A DNA stretch of 64,000 bases from Octopus sinensis (lineage: Eukaryota): assembly GCF_006345805.1 (NCBI RefSeq), contig NC_043001.1, positions 8,308,001-8,372,000 on the forward strand, in the 5' to 3' direction. Within the stretch, counting starts at the first letter, position 1. Every line of letters begins with the position of its first letter. The position numbers and the translations under genes were made by a program. The notes under the pieces were generated by a model. It was not told the DNA's origin. It did no database searches and worked only from the letters and a program-made list of their open reading frames with translations. Positions 12,967 through 25,252 of this stretch are shown one piece after another.

Positions 12967-14040
12967 ACATATATGTATATATATATATATATATGTATAT
13001 ATGCAGCTGAGTATAGCCCTGCATTGAAATTGATCTAATGATTGCATTGTTCAATTAAATGGAACCGCTCGAAATAATCGTACTGCATCACCCCCGGATA
13101 TACTGTTGCCCATTTGATTTACACATATTTGTATGCATGTATGTAACGCAACTGTATCTGTATGTGTGTGTGTGTGTGTGTGGTGTGTATTATGTATGTA
13201 TGTATGTGCATATAAATATACATATACATACATAGGTTAATAATAGAGGGCTCTCTACCTCCTTCGATAAGTATCTGCTTGCTTATCTATATAGATTCAG
13301 TCAATCGCATAATATATGGTAATTATAGAAAAACAATTCTGGCTTTTGTTTAATTAAAATAACTAACGGTTGTATATTGAGGCGTGTGATACAAATCTTA
13401 ATAATACAGTAAACAACTCTCTTCTATCACGTTATACTCTGACATGCATATTTTTTCTTTTTTTCATTTCCTTCTCCTTTAAGTGTATCAAGAATATCTA
13501 TGTTTACAAACACCAGAAATGCTTCTAAAAAGTATCGGAAAATTAAGATTATATACTTCAGCTTTTAATTATAATTTTGTTATTTGACAGTTTTTACTCG
13601 ATTGAATTATATTACATTGCACAAGAAATTATTTCAATTACATTTTCAAGTATATATTTATATATTAGAAAATTGCTGCCTGTTATTCATTGCGACATAT
13701 CCAATGTTGTTCTTTAGGAAGCTACAATGTAATATATGATATCTACACGGAGTAATGACGACTCGTTTAAAGAACACACAATGAATTATCTTTCGGCTTT
13801 TGGATATCACAATATGTCCTATGTAATAGTGATTTATGCTTCTCAAAATAATATCAGTATCCTTAAATATTAACTCAGTTCTCGATAGTGAATTGTGGCT
13901 CTACTAGGGCAAGGAGCAATGATATTCAGACATACGTAGACACACATACACACACGCTCAAATACATACATGCATACATACATACATTCATACATACATA
14001 CATACATACATACATACATACATACATACATGCATACATT

Positions 14041-14085
<45 letters not shown>

Positions 14086-14099
14086 TGCTTTGTTCTCAT

Positions 14100-14360
14100 T
14101 GTCCTTTTCTTGTTACACTTTCACCCTCCGCAAAAAGTTCCAAATTTTATTTCATTTGCTTTGCGGGAAGGACTGTTTCAACGAAGTCGCGTCCTGTTCT
14201 TGCCTTTGGAACGCGGAGTAGAGAAAACGGGGACAACTGAAGAAGGGGAATATTCTTTGTGATGTATGTCTCTTTCTGTTCTCTGTTTGTGTTTTTCGTT
14301 GTTCGAAAAAAAGAGAGTTTCTATGCGTTTCTTTTTATGTTTTGTATGGCCTGTACCCAT
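14100..14360. repeat. Unclassified interspersed repeat, copy 2
   Basis: Alignable with 9480-9760. Confidence 0.6.
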
Positions 14361-14599
14361 ATATGCATGTATATATACATATATTTAGGTATTTACATAT
14401 GTGTATGTATATATGCATATATGTATATACCATTTATATATATATATATATATAATATATATATATATATTATATATATATATACTTGAAAGTACATATG
14501 TCCTTGAATATATATATATATATATTGCACTTCAACCAATTCCCACTACCAAAGATATATAGAATAACATTGTTGCAGTTTTGGGGGCTCTTTTGGTAC

Positions 14600-15078
14600 T
14601 AAGACTGCGCCCTTAGCTAATATGTTTTATTAGCATGCTTGACTTTTCGGACACTAGTGACTGGAAAACAACTTTTATTGTCTCTCTCTCTATAAACATG
14701 TATATTACCGGCAATTAAATATGCATGTATTATTAGAACGCCTAATACTGCACAATTCCTTCTGTATAGACTACAGTTATAAAAGCACAACCGTATATCG
14801 TAGAAGACAAGACGTTTCTAGTATGGGCACCGGTACTGCCAGATCCAGTGATTTCAGTTTATTGCACTTTTCCAGTGTGACCTTCCCCTAAACTTACATT
14901 TTACCAAATCCCAACAGTGATGCAGTATTTGATGCTATGATAATATATCCACGTTTAGTTGGAACTGAAATTTGCTTTAGACATTTAAGACTGCTCACAT
15001 CACTAATATTTGCTTAGAAGCATGCTAGATTTTGAGACACCAGTGATTGGAAATCCTCTTTCATTCTCTCTCTCTATA
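14600..15078. repeat. Old tandem duplication, period about 386 bp
   Basis: 14600-14693 and 14986-15078 share taagactgc...taatat...agcatgct.ga.ttt..gacac.agtga.tggaaa...tctctctctctata. Confidence 0.7.
14770..14820 (+). CDS. Candidate 51-nt phase 1-1 exon (YSYKSTTVYRRRQDVS)
   Basis: ctaat branch-like motif, ttccttctgtatag acceptor, gtatgg donor; frame open. Confidence 0.25.
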
Positions 15079-15165
15079 TATATCTCTGACAATAATATTT
15101 GACTGGTATGTTATACCTACACTTGCTACTTATGAAGTTCAGTAAGCTAAAATCTATTGTCCTAG

Positions 15166-15237
15166 CCGTTGCGGCGCCCATGTCAGACATTTCTCATCTG
15201 CCACGACAAATATCTATTCTCTTATCACCGTTCGTCT
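15166..15237 (+). CDS. Candidate 72-nt phase 1-1 exon ([23 protein letters not shown])
   Basis: Acceptor tctattgtcctag, donor gtatga; locally GC-richer than flanks; frame open. Confidence 0.25.
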
Positions 15238-15323
15238 GTATGAGAGTATTTCTGAAGGCAAATACCGCAGTAGCATACAGAGTGGCCTTTGGTATTACTA
15301 CTACTTCAGCCGCTAATATATAT

Positions 15324-15375
<52 letters not shown>

Positions 15376-15418
15376 ATGTATATATACATATTTATATATC
15401 TATACATATATATATGTA

Positions 15419-15474
<56 letters not shown>

Positions 15475-15490
15475 TATACATATATATATG

Positions 15491-15532
<42 letters not shown>

Positions 15533-15615
15533 GTGTGTGTGTGTGTGTGTGTGTGTATGTGTCTGTGTACATATATATATATATATATATATTATAATAT
15601 ATATATATATATATT

Positions 15616-15663
<48 letters not shown>

Positions 15664-16419
15664 AAACGCAGTAACATGCTTGTTGTGACTGAAGAATATA
15701 CATTGCTATACACTGATTTGTAAGTAAAGAAAGATAAATATTCCTATTTGTAAGGTCTGATAAAACTATTAACAAGAATAACAGTCACTAGTATCTCATG
15801 GGTGTCGGCGAATGAGCTTTATATTTTATTACAATAATATTCTAATGTATTTAAACGTTTACAAAACGGGAGCAAATGTTTGATAGTATAATTGAAAAAA
15901 TACATAATACAAATATAATTTAAAATTCAATATTCAATTTAAATTAGAAGTCTACGTTACATTCCGCGAAATCGTATTAATAGAAGTGTTATTTTATCTC
16001 TGTATTCGATTTTATAAATCCCAATGTACGTTAACTGAATCTCATTTGTATTTTCCCATAATAAGAAATTTGTTCTCTAAGTCAGATTATCGGTAAAACG
16101 TTATACAGACCAATTCTTGAACTCTTTCCACAATTGAGAAATAACAGAGACCCTTACCACCATTTCATTCACTTCATCTAATGAGTTTAATACGCTACAA
16201 GCTATAAAACTATGTTGATGTAAGAAAATATGTAATAATGAAATCAGTAAAGAGGTGCAAGGAAACATGTACGCAAAATTAATTATGATGATCATAATAT
16301 AAAAAATATTGGATGATAACAAAAACAACAAGAAAGCGATTAAATTATGATCATACATGATTCTATGTTCATTTCCACTGTAGGGAAATCTTGGGCAAGT
16401 AACTCCACCTATGCATATA

Positions 16420-16455
<36 letters not shown>

Positions 16456-16460
<5 letters not shown>

Positions 16461-16680
16461 TGAGAATGTGTGTCTGTCTGTCTGTGTGTTTCCCTAAAAC
16501 TTGATAACTACAGAACCAGTTTCATTCAAATTTTACACATGCCTTACTTAGGGTCCATGTAGTTTCATGTGCAAAAAAATGTTTAACTTCTTGCCTAGAG
16601 CGAGCCCACAGCAGTATCATATCTTCTCCACTATTTCAGTATTACGTGTTAAAAGTGAAACAAAAATATCTCTCTATTGT
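16456..16680 (+). mobile_element. Helitron/Helentron-like non-autonomous repeat fragment
   Basis: Starts after (TA)n with aaaactgagaatgtgtgtctgtctgtctgtgtg, an architecture typical of such elements; single copy in the window. Confidence 0.3.
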
Positions 16681-16691
16681 ATGTATATGGA

Positions 16692-16741
<50 letters not shown>

Positions 16742-17613
16742 ACAAAATATAAAGTTATATCTTGAGATCGTTAGTGACAAAAAAGCACAAAATATATAAC
16801 AGACTCGAACAGTAGTACTCAAATGAGCAGTATACACTTTTAATCCGATGGGAGGCAATGCGAAAAGCAACTACAAAAGCACTACAAAATCCGCAGAAAG
16901 ATCAAACACATACATATATTCATATATTCATTTATATCTACAGAAAAGACATAAAGCCCGACGTTTAGAAATATATAGTAATATATAAATATATAAACAT
17001 CATATAAAAATATATTGTACGCATAAGATCCACTCGACATTCCATAAGATATTTAGAAATAAAAATTGCAATAAAAGTTAGAAGTAATAATAACAATTGA
17101 ATTGAATATATTAAATATAGTAATTAAATCGTTATATAACAATTAAAAGAAAAATAGCAATTATTATCAAATGTATCAAGGACTTGAACTTGAATATGTG
17201 GCTTTGCATGAATGGGAGAAATTAAAAGATGAAAAATTTAATTGAGTGCAGAAGTGAATTAGTCCAGATGGACATGTGCTCATACCATTTACTATAGCTG
17301 CTAGATTGAATTATATGCTTATAAAGTAGCATTCAGTATCTAGGAGAATTTTTGGGAGTACGTAATGTCTGGTATTCGCGCTTAATTTCAGATATATAAT
17401 ATGTTTCATATTAATTGATGCATGTCCGAAACGGCCCTTAGATGAACTTTTATGTATTTTTGTAAATTTGTATATTTATCTTCTATGTATTTTTCTCTGG
17501 AATTTTAATTCGTCTTTTTAATGTCATTGTATGTTTTATTACCACAAATTTTTAATTTAACAAATTTATACCAAATTAGCACTATGACGCGGCAACGCCG
17601 GGTCATAATGCTA

Positions 17614-17674
<61 letters not shown>

Positions 17675-17675
<1 letters not shown>

Positions 17676-17825
17676 GACAGGCTTCTTCCAGTTTCCATTT
17701 ACTAAATGCACTGCCAAGGATTTGGTTGGCCCGAGGTTACAGTATCCGACATTTTCGCTAGATGGCAAGCTGTGAATCTGAACTGGAAACTAAGTGGCTG
17801 CTAAAAGCTTTCTTAACTGACAACC
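17675..17825 (-). mobile_element. SINE family B, diverged 5' half
   Basis: Reverse complement of the family B head (cf. 25253-25415). Confidence 0.7.
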
Positions 17826-19334
17826 GGAAACTTATTTATTTTTCAAGTCTTATTTTTTGGTGTTCGTTCTTTTCTTTCTTTCGTTTAGTCGACAAACAGA
17901 TTTATTAAGAGACCACTTCAAATGCAAAATTGCAACAGTACTAACATGATGTTTGTCATTTTCCCAAGGGTATTGTTTTGCCAAACTTTCACTTTATTCT
18001 GGTAGTTTCGTGTTATTCAGCAACATATTTCAAAAGTTGTGAGAGAATCACTAATCCACGCTCTTTCGTACCCATACATATCTATATACATTCCCAAAAC
18101 TTTTACACCTACATATATCTTCATAATAACATAGGGTAATATTAAATTATTATTACCAGTAGCCTAGCACAAAAAACGAATTAGTCATTAGACTATGTAT
18201 TATTCATATAGAAATACAATAAAAGGATTCCAAATAGGAAAGCGTTGTGCTAGAAAGAGCAGTAGAAATCTCAAAACCACAAAAAAGGATAAATTCACGA
18301 AAGGAATGAAAATTAAAAACGTTTACCATCTCAACTATTTCCCAGACCGCGGTTTCTAATTATTTCCAGCAAAAAGATATTTGCTGAAGGCCAGTTTTCT
18401 TCAGTGGGATAGCCTTCATAAATACATAGAAACATATATGAAAATAATTCCGGTTAAATGCAAAAAAAATTGTTGTGTGTGGGTATGAGTAAGTGAATCC
18501 CAACCAAGTTTTTTTTTAAATGGCGTCTTTCTTTTAGCCACTCTGCAGATCTACGCTATTGCTCCTGAAAATACAGTTTTAACGAATAAAATCATCAACA
18601 TTTAATTAAAATTGATTAAAACAATTCCTCATTAACTTCCTGGTTCGTTCTACGTGCTGTAAGATTGCTGACAATGGTTGTCATCCTTACTAGGCCAGAC
18701 TTTTCAAAGCTTCTTTTATAACAGTTGGAATTAGTGCTGCCTTCTAGCGTTCTTTTTATCTTATTGCATTAATGATATTATAGTCCTTTGCAAGCTCTTT
18801 GTAAAAACAAGATCAAATATCATCAAATCTAATGCCATTGAGTCCGAGGTAAAGTTTTGTGCCATGAAGTATACAACTTTCATAAAAGAAACATGAATAT
18901 TCTATATTGCTTTTATATCTGAAGTGCAGACTTCGGTTTCTAAGTTCGTAGTTTCATGTTTATAATGGTTTCTTTTTATTCTAATGCATCCGTACTATAT
19001 TTTATGGTCTTTAGGTGAAGTTTGATAAATAATGCGTTCTCTTTTATCTCATTTTAATATTTTCTGTCATCAGGATACCTTTTGTTCCTGTTCTTACACA
19101 CACACGCACACATACGCACACACACACAAACACACACACACTCACACACACACATACATATATATGTATGTGTGTATGTATTCGTTATACATGTATATAT
19201 TCATGTATATATTCATATATTCATATATATATGCATATATATGTATATATATATATGAATATATATTCTTATATATACATATATATGCATATATATACAC
19301 ACACATATATACAGATATATATAGATATATCGAT

Positions 19335-19402
<68 letters not shown>

Positions 19403-20004
19403 GACTGTTGTGTATTGTTAATACTTATCCGCCAATAATCCCTCATTGATCGGTTACCTATCGTGTTCTATAAAGCTACTAAGTACGAAAATTAATTAAC
19501 ATATGTATTACATTCCTGTTTAGTTGACAATGCTCTGCACTAATTGATGTTCCGGATAGTCAACCTATTCAACTCACAATTGGACTTGGCTTTTTTCCTC
19601 TTTCAGTTACCTCCCTTGAACAATCTTTTGAAATTATACAGGCTAAAAATTATATTCCAGCATAGAAATAGATACGGAAGTAAATCTATTTCGTTTGTAA
19701 ATGGAGCTGTCGACACAATCCAATATCAGATAGTTAAAGTGGACACTAGTTATCATTATCAAATAAAAGAACTGAAATGAGAGAATCAGTGCACATATAA
19801 GTGCGGAACTGCTGAGTGAGGGTTGGTATTGCACGAAAGAACACCCTCCTGCTTTCGAGTACTGTGATTCCAGCACATGTATTTGAGGGTATATTTCCAT
19901 ACACACACACACACAGAAACACACAACCAGACACACACACACACATAAGAACAAACACAGACATACAAGCACAAATATCCACACGTATATATATATATAT
20001 ATAT

Positions 20005-20050
<46 letters not shown>

Positions 20051-20829
20051 GTGTATGATAATATCAAGTTGGTTAATGTGCTTTCGGTACAGAGTCCACC
20101 ATAAGTCAATAGTATGGTACCTACTGACTTATATACATCAACTTCCACCTTTAATAACACATCGTGGTTATTCTAATGTTTATGATAAAGCATTAAATAA
20201 TTATCAAACCCGACCTCCAATCTCATCTACATTCGGTAACCTTTGGGCGAACAAGAACATCATGATTTTGAACTCGTGCTCTTTAGAAAAGAGAGTGCGC
20301 TCAAAACAAGCATGTCGTCAGGAGTAATTGGTGAGTGTTCACATCAATAATCACGTTGGTATTGATCCCGGTATAAGCTCCCGGATCTTCAGAACTCTCC
20401 GGCTTAGAGTGTATGATGTTATCATTCAACTTTCCTCTTCGTTTCTGAGGTCACACCATGAATATTTCTACCTGAGTTGTCTAACCGCACTAAAGAACAT
20501 ATTACGAGAACTCAGTCACCTCAGAGAGAAATCACGAAAATCATAAAAGGCATAACTGACCTTGATTACTGTGAACGGCTCCAAACATTGAAATGTTATT
20601 TTCTGCAACGCTGTCGTGAAAGCTACTTCATTTACACAATGTAAAGAATACATCACCAGTATTACTCGGAAACTTGGAGTTAGTAACCCGTACTCTTAAC
20701 CACTATGCCATATGCCCTTGGGCAATTATGGAGTGAATTTTAGGGCCTATAAATCGAATATTCTCCTAGCCTTCTTTAGTACCGGTTCCCATATGTAGCT
20801 CATATCTGCACTCCGTCTGCTTAGGAGGT

Positions 20830-21300
20830 TCTTGTGTCCTAGCATATCTGCTGCTTCTTTTAGTTTTCGTATTTTCCAGTGGTGTTCTCTGTCTATTATT
20901 TCAACTTCATCCCACAGAGGGAGGTGTCTTCATTTTTCCATACATGATCAGCTATAGCTGATTTACCAATGTTTCCTTGTGTCACATATTTGCGATGTTC
21001 CTCTACCATATTTTGAGGGGGGGGGGCAGCATGTTTCGCCTTTGTATAACCTACCACAGCTACATGGGATGGTGTACGCACAGTCTTTGGTCATATTCTT
21101 GGTTTTACTCGAAGGAGATATTTGCGAAGTGTTGTATTATTTTTAATACTGTCCTGATGTCATATGGGCCGCATATCTTTTGTATCTTTTCGGAGAGGCC
21201 TTTCACATAGGGCAGACATACTGTGGACAGGTTATCGGTTTCATCCTCTCTTTTCGTCATAATTGGAGTGGAGTGTATGCTTTTGGCATGCTTAAGAAAC
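20830..21300 (-). mobile_element. Penelope-like element, GIY-YIG endonuclease fragment
   Basis: TVCLPYVKGLSEKIQKICGPYDIRTV (PLE linker), CAYTIPCSCGRLYKGET, EEHRK...KSAIADHVW, REHHWKIRKLKEA; frameshifted. Confidence 0.85.
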
Positions 21301-22487
21301 AAACATATATGTGTATGTGTATCTGTGTGTGTCAGTATATGTGTATGTAAGTGTCTGTGTGTTTGTGCGTGAGTATACAGATAACGCACTTAACAGCGTT
21401 GTACTCGAATACCTTTACAATCTATGTCTTTGAAAGAACCAAACGATTTTCAATAGGATGAGCTTTTCTCTTATCATGTGTACTTAAGAAAAATGTTTCC
21501 TCTGCATACGTGATCCACGAGATAAGTCATCATATTGAATATAGATGAAGTTATTAGAATATACGTTCTATTTCACTTGCAAATATATCGTAATATTATT
21601 AAATATGCAACGTTCTATTATAATTGAATATCGCATTCAAATTGTTTTCTCAGGAATATGTATGTATTTGTGATAATATATATTGTGGTATGTATAGGCA
21701 CGATGACATACCACATTTAACTGAATCGAAGATAACATATTTAATAACGGTGTTTATAATATCACCTCCGAAGCATCAAAATCATATATTAATTTTATAA
21801 ATAAACTGGAAGTTTGAAATGGGTGAAATAAAGGCAACGTAACTTATTTGCGATTTCATTTGATAAGGAATGACAGAAGTGTTAGCAATCACACAGTAAG
21901 AGTCGAATGAAACATCATGTGTGTGCGCGTGTGTGTACATATTTTTATATATATACACATAGACGTGACTGTGTGTATCATAACATTCATGAAGAATCAT
22001 ATTTCTAGCCATTTATATGTGTGTACGTGTGTACGCACGCGTTTGTGTTTCTGTGTCTATTTATAAGTGTATAATGTTTGTTCTTTTAGAAATTGTTACA
22101 TGCTTAGGTATACATTAACATATGTCTATATGATTGGAAGTCTGCCATTTGAATGATAATGATGAAGCAAATAATCATCAGTAAATTTCTGTTTCGATGT
22201 TTAATCTATTTCATTTGAAAGACTAGACACACTATGCAAAAATTAGCATGCTGATTTCAAATGCGAAATTCAAAGAGCGAAAAATGCGGGTAGCCTCTCT
22301 GTAAACAGAAGTAAACCAATTCTAAATTGCATAGATATTAACGATACAAATACTTACATAAACACACGCATATATATAGCTAGTGTATGGATGCATACAT
22401 TTACTACAATCACATATTTATACATACATACATATATATATATATGTATATGTGTGTGTGTGTGCGTGTGTGTATATTTATATATAG

Positions 22488-22534
<47 letters not shown>

Positions 22535-22645
22535 ATATATACATACTTATATACATATATATATGTGTCTCTATATATGTACATATATATACACGCATAC
22601 ATACTTATATACGTATATATGTGATTCTCTATGTATGTATGTGTA

Positions 22646-22719
<74 letters not shown>

Positions 22720-23194
22720 GATACATGTACGTATTTATTAAACGCATGTATGTATGATCATATTTTCAGTTACAAGTGAAGAAAAAATGTGATTATTTAA
22801 AATTAGTTTAACAAATTAACTTTGCAAATAGATAACGCATTCATGATTATAAGCAATAATGAAACAGTAAGATATTCCTAAAAGTCTCTATAAAACTAGC
22901 GTTTGATCACTTCTTATTCTGGTTATAGATTTCCACTGTAGAAAATGTTTTCAATTAACTTCCTAATATAGAAAATTGTAAATACGTGAAGCTGAAATTT
23001 TCTGTTAAAATAGCATAGAAGAGTGAAAATCTATATGAAACACTTTTTGGAGTGTTCATAAAAGTCATTTTCTATTTGTTCCCACGTTTCAACTTTGCAA
23101 ATTTCATAACATGTAATTATGAACAAAAAAGGATATTTGAGATAATTTTGGTATAAATCAAACAATGAAATGCGATATGAAATGAATGTGAATT

Positions 23195-23351
23195 TGCGTA
23201 TGGGAAATTAAGTTGACGTCGTCCAATGATTGAGATAATAAGTACATTACATGTGAATAGGTTTGTGCATGCATGGTTTCCTTCGTACATGCATACATGC
23301 ATGCATCTTTGCGAAATCAGACATACACACAGGTGCTGACCCATACACACA

Positions 23352-23428
<77 letters not shown>

Positions 23429-23493
23429 TATACATATATATAAATTCATGGAAAATTATATACGAGTGCGTTTATACGAATCTCTCTTGATAG

Positions 23494-23538
<45 letters not shown>

Positions 23539-23671
23539 CACCTGTGTGTATGTCTGATTTCGCAAAGATGCATGCATGTACGAAGGAAACCATGCATGCA
23601 CAAACCTATTCACATGTAATGTACTTATTATCTCAATCATTGGACGACGTCAACTTAATTTCCCATACGCA
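23195..23671. repeat. Near-perfect inverted duplication
   Basis: 23195-23336 is the reverse complement of 23538-23671 except for an 8-nt indel; inner arms are (CA)n(TA)n / (TA)n(TG)n; spacer about 50 bp. Confidence 0.95.
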
Positions 23672-23688
23672 TATAATTTTATACAATG

Positions 23689-23731
<43 letters not shown>

Positions 23732-24248
23732 ACATTGTATAAAATTATATGTATGTAAATATGTATACATACATACACGCGCAGATACATTTATAAACAC
23801 CCACATCTAATTGCGCGCCTAGAGTGCGTCATGCAAAGACCATATTTAATACAAAGAATTTTGTTTGTAACATCGTCTTTTCCAAAGTACATTAGAGTAC
23901 ATTCACGCACTGAATTCTAAATCTACAATTCATTTCCGTCTTTATATATCCGTATGAAGTGACTCTTCACCACACGTGCATCTTCCTTCCTGAAAGATAA
24001 CCGGAGCTTTGTGGCTATAGCTAGCACTGAATCGTACCAATCTTACCTTATTTCAAAGTTCAGAAGTTCAGAAATAAAGATTCCAGCACTCTGTGTGATA
24101 AGCAGCTTGCTTATCAACCACATAGTTCTGGGTTCGGTCCCATTGTGTGGCCTCTTGGGCAAGTATCTTCTACTATAGCATCGGACCGACCAAAACCTCG
24201 TGAGTGGATTTGGTTGACGGAAACTGAAAAAAGCCCATTGTATATATG

Positions 24249-24295
<47 letters not shown>

Positions 24296-24298
<3 letters not shown>

Positions 24299-24552
24299 TG
24301 TCACACGCTGATGAAAGGTAAACACCTTGAAACTCGGGTACGTGTGTATCATGAGTTGAAGACGGGGAGGATGACTCCCCTTCACAAATACTGAGAGGAC
24401 ACAGATAGTGTGTCTATAGCCAGCTGGAGGAGATATCTTCCTGGGGCTACAAACTACAGTAGCATCCACCCTTATGGGTTAGCCATATTCAAATGGCAAA
24501 ATGCGTCACGATGTGTTACCGCTACAGTTTATAACTCGCTCTGAGATTTATC

Positions 24553-24557
<5 letters not shown>
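24296..24557 (+). mobile_element. HHR-headed structured unit, family gamma (retrozyme-like or Penelope pLTR-like)
   Basis: About 260 bp of non-coding sequence bounded on both sides by (TA)n; starts with an intact hammerhead followed by a run of hairpins. Confidence 0.55.
24302..24346 (+). ncRNA. Minimal type I hammerhead ribozyme, intact
   Basis: CACACG CUGAUGA AAGGU-AAAC-ACCUU GAAA C-UCGG-G UA CGUGUG. Stem I 6 bp perfect, stem II 5 bp perfect, all core nucleotides canonical; predicted cleavage after A24340. Confidence 0.88.
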
Positions 24558-24591
<34 letters not shown>

Positions 24592-24595
<4 letters not shown>

Positions 24596-24787
24596 CGGGA
24601 AAGTTTACGAAGATAAACAAAAGACGAAGGCAGGTGTAGTACAAACAAGCAAATGTATTAGTATAGCGCTCAGGAATAGAAATAGAAAAAGTCTTTTACG
24701 TTTCGAGCCTACGCTCTTCGACAGAAAGATACACAGAAAAAAACAAGGAGAGAAAACAATGCGTGTAGGAGCTAACGATCTATCATA
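24592..24787 (-). mobile_element. HHR-bearing repeat family alpha, copy 2
   Basis: Alignable with 659-863; abuts (TA)n. Confidence 0.7.
24692..24729 (-). ncRNA. Minimal hammerhead-like motif with variant core
   Basis: Minus strand: UCUUU CUGUCGA A GAG-CGUAGG-CUC GAAA CG UA AAAGA; stem I 5 bp perfect. Confidence 0.65.
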
Positions 24788-24801
24788 GCGTCCTGATATG
24801 C

Positions 24802-24833
<32 letters not shown>

Positions 24834-25252
24834 AAACATGCTTGCGTGTGTGTCTCCCAACATCGCTTAACAACAGATGCTGGGGTGTTTCCGACCCCGT
24901 AAGGTAGCGTTTCGGCAAAAGAGACCGATAGAATGATTATTAGGCTTACAAATAATAAGTCTTAGGTTCGATTTGCTCGACTAAAGGTAGTGCTCCAGCA
25001 TGGTCGTAGTCAAAATGGCTGAAACAAGTATAAGAATAAAAGAATAAAAGAATATGGATTCATTTAAATCATTCTTCTTTTTTAAAATACACCAGTGGAC
25101 CCCCGCAAAGACATTCCGTATTTAAAACATTCTGTTATATACGTTATTAAATATTATCGGGTTTTGTATTTTAAAAAGTTGATACAATATTTCATATATT
25201 TTAAAATGATAAGCAATTTATTGCTCATGAATTTTAACAAAAAATCTTCTAT

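Larger units (their letters stand above)
24091..25053 (+). mobile_element. SINE family B split by nested insertions
   Basis: Head 24091-24245 and tail about 24850-25053 match the intact copy 25253-25661; two HHR-bearing units lie between them. Confidence 0.8.

Noticed and set aside
20290-20392. Two further hammerhead-like starts (CUGACGA at about 20314-20320 and CUGAAGA at about 20386-20392, minus strand)
   Set aside because: No GAAA or valid cleavage triplet; at most a decayed motif, so not counted
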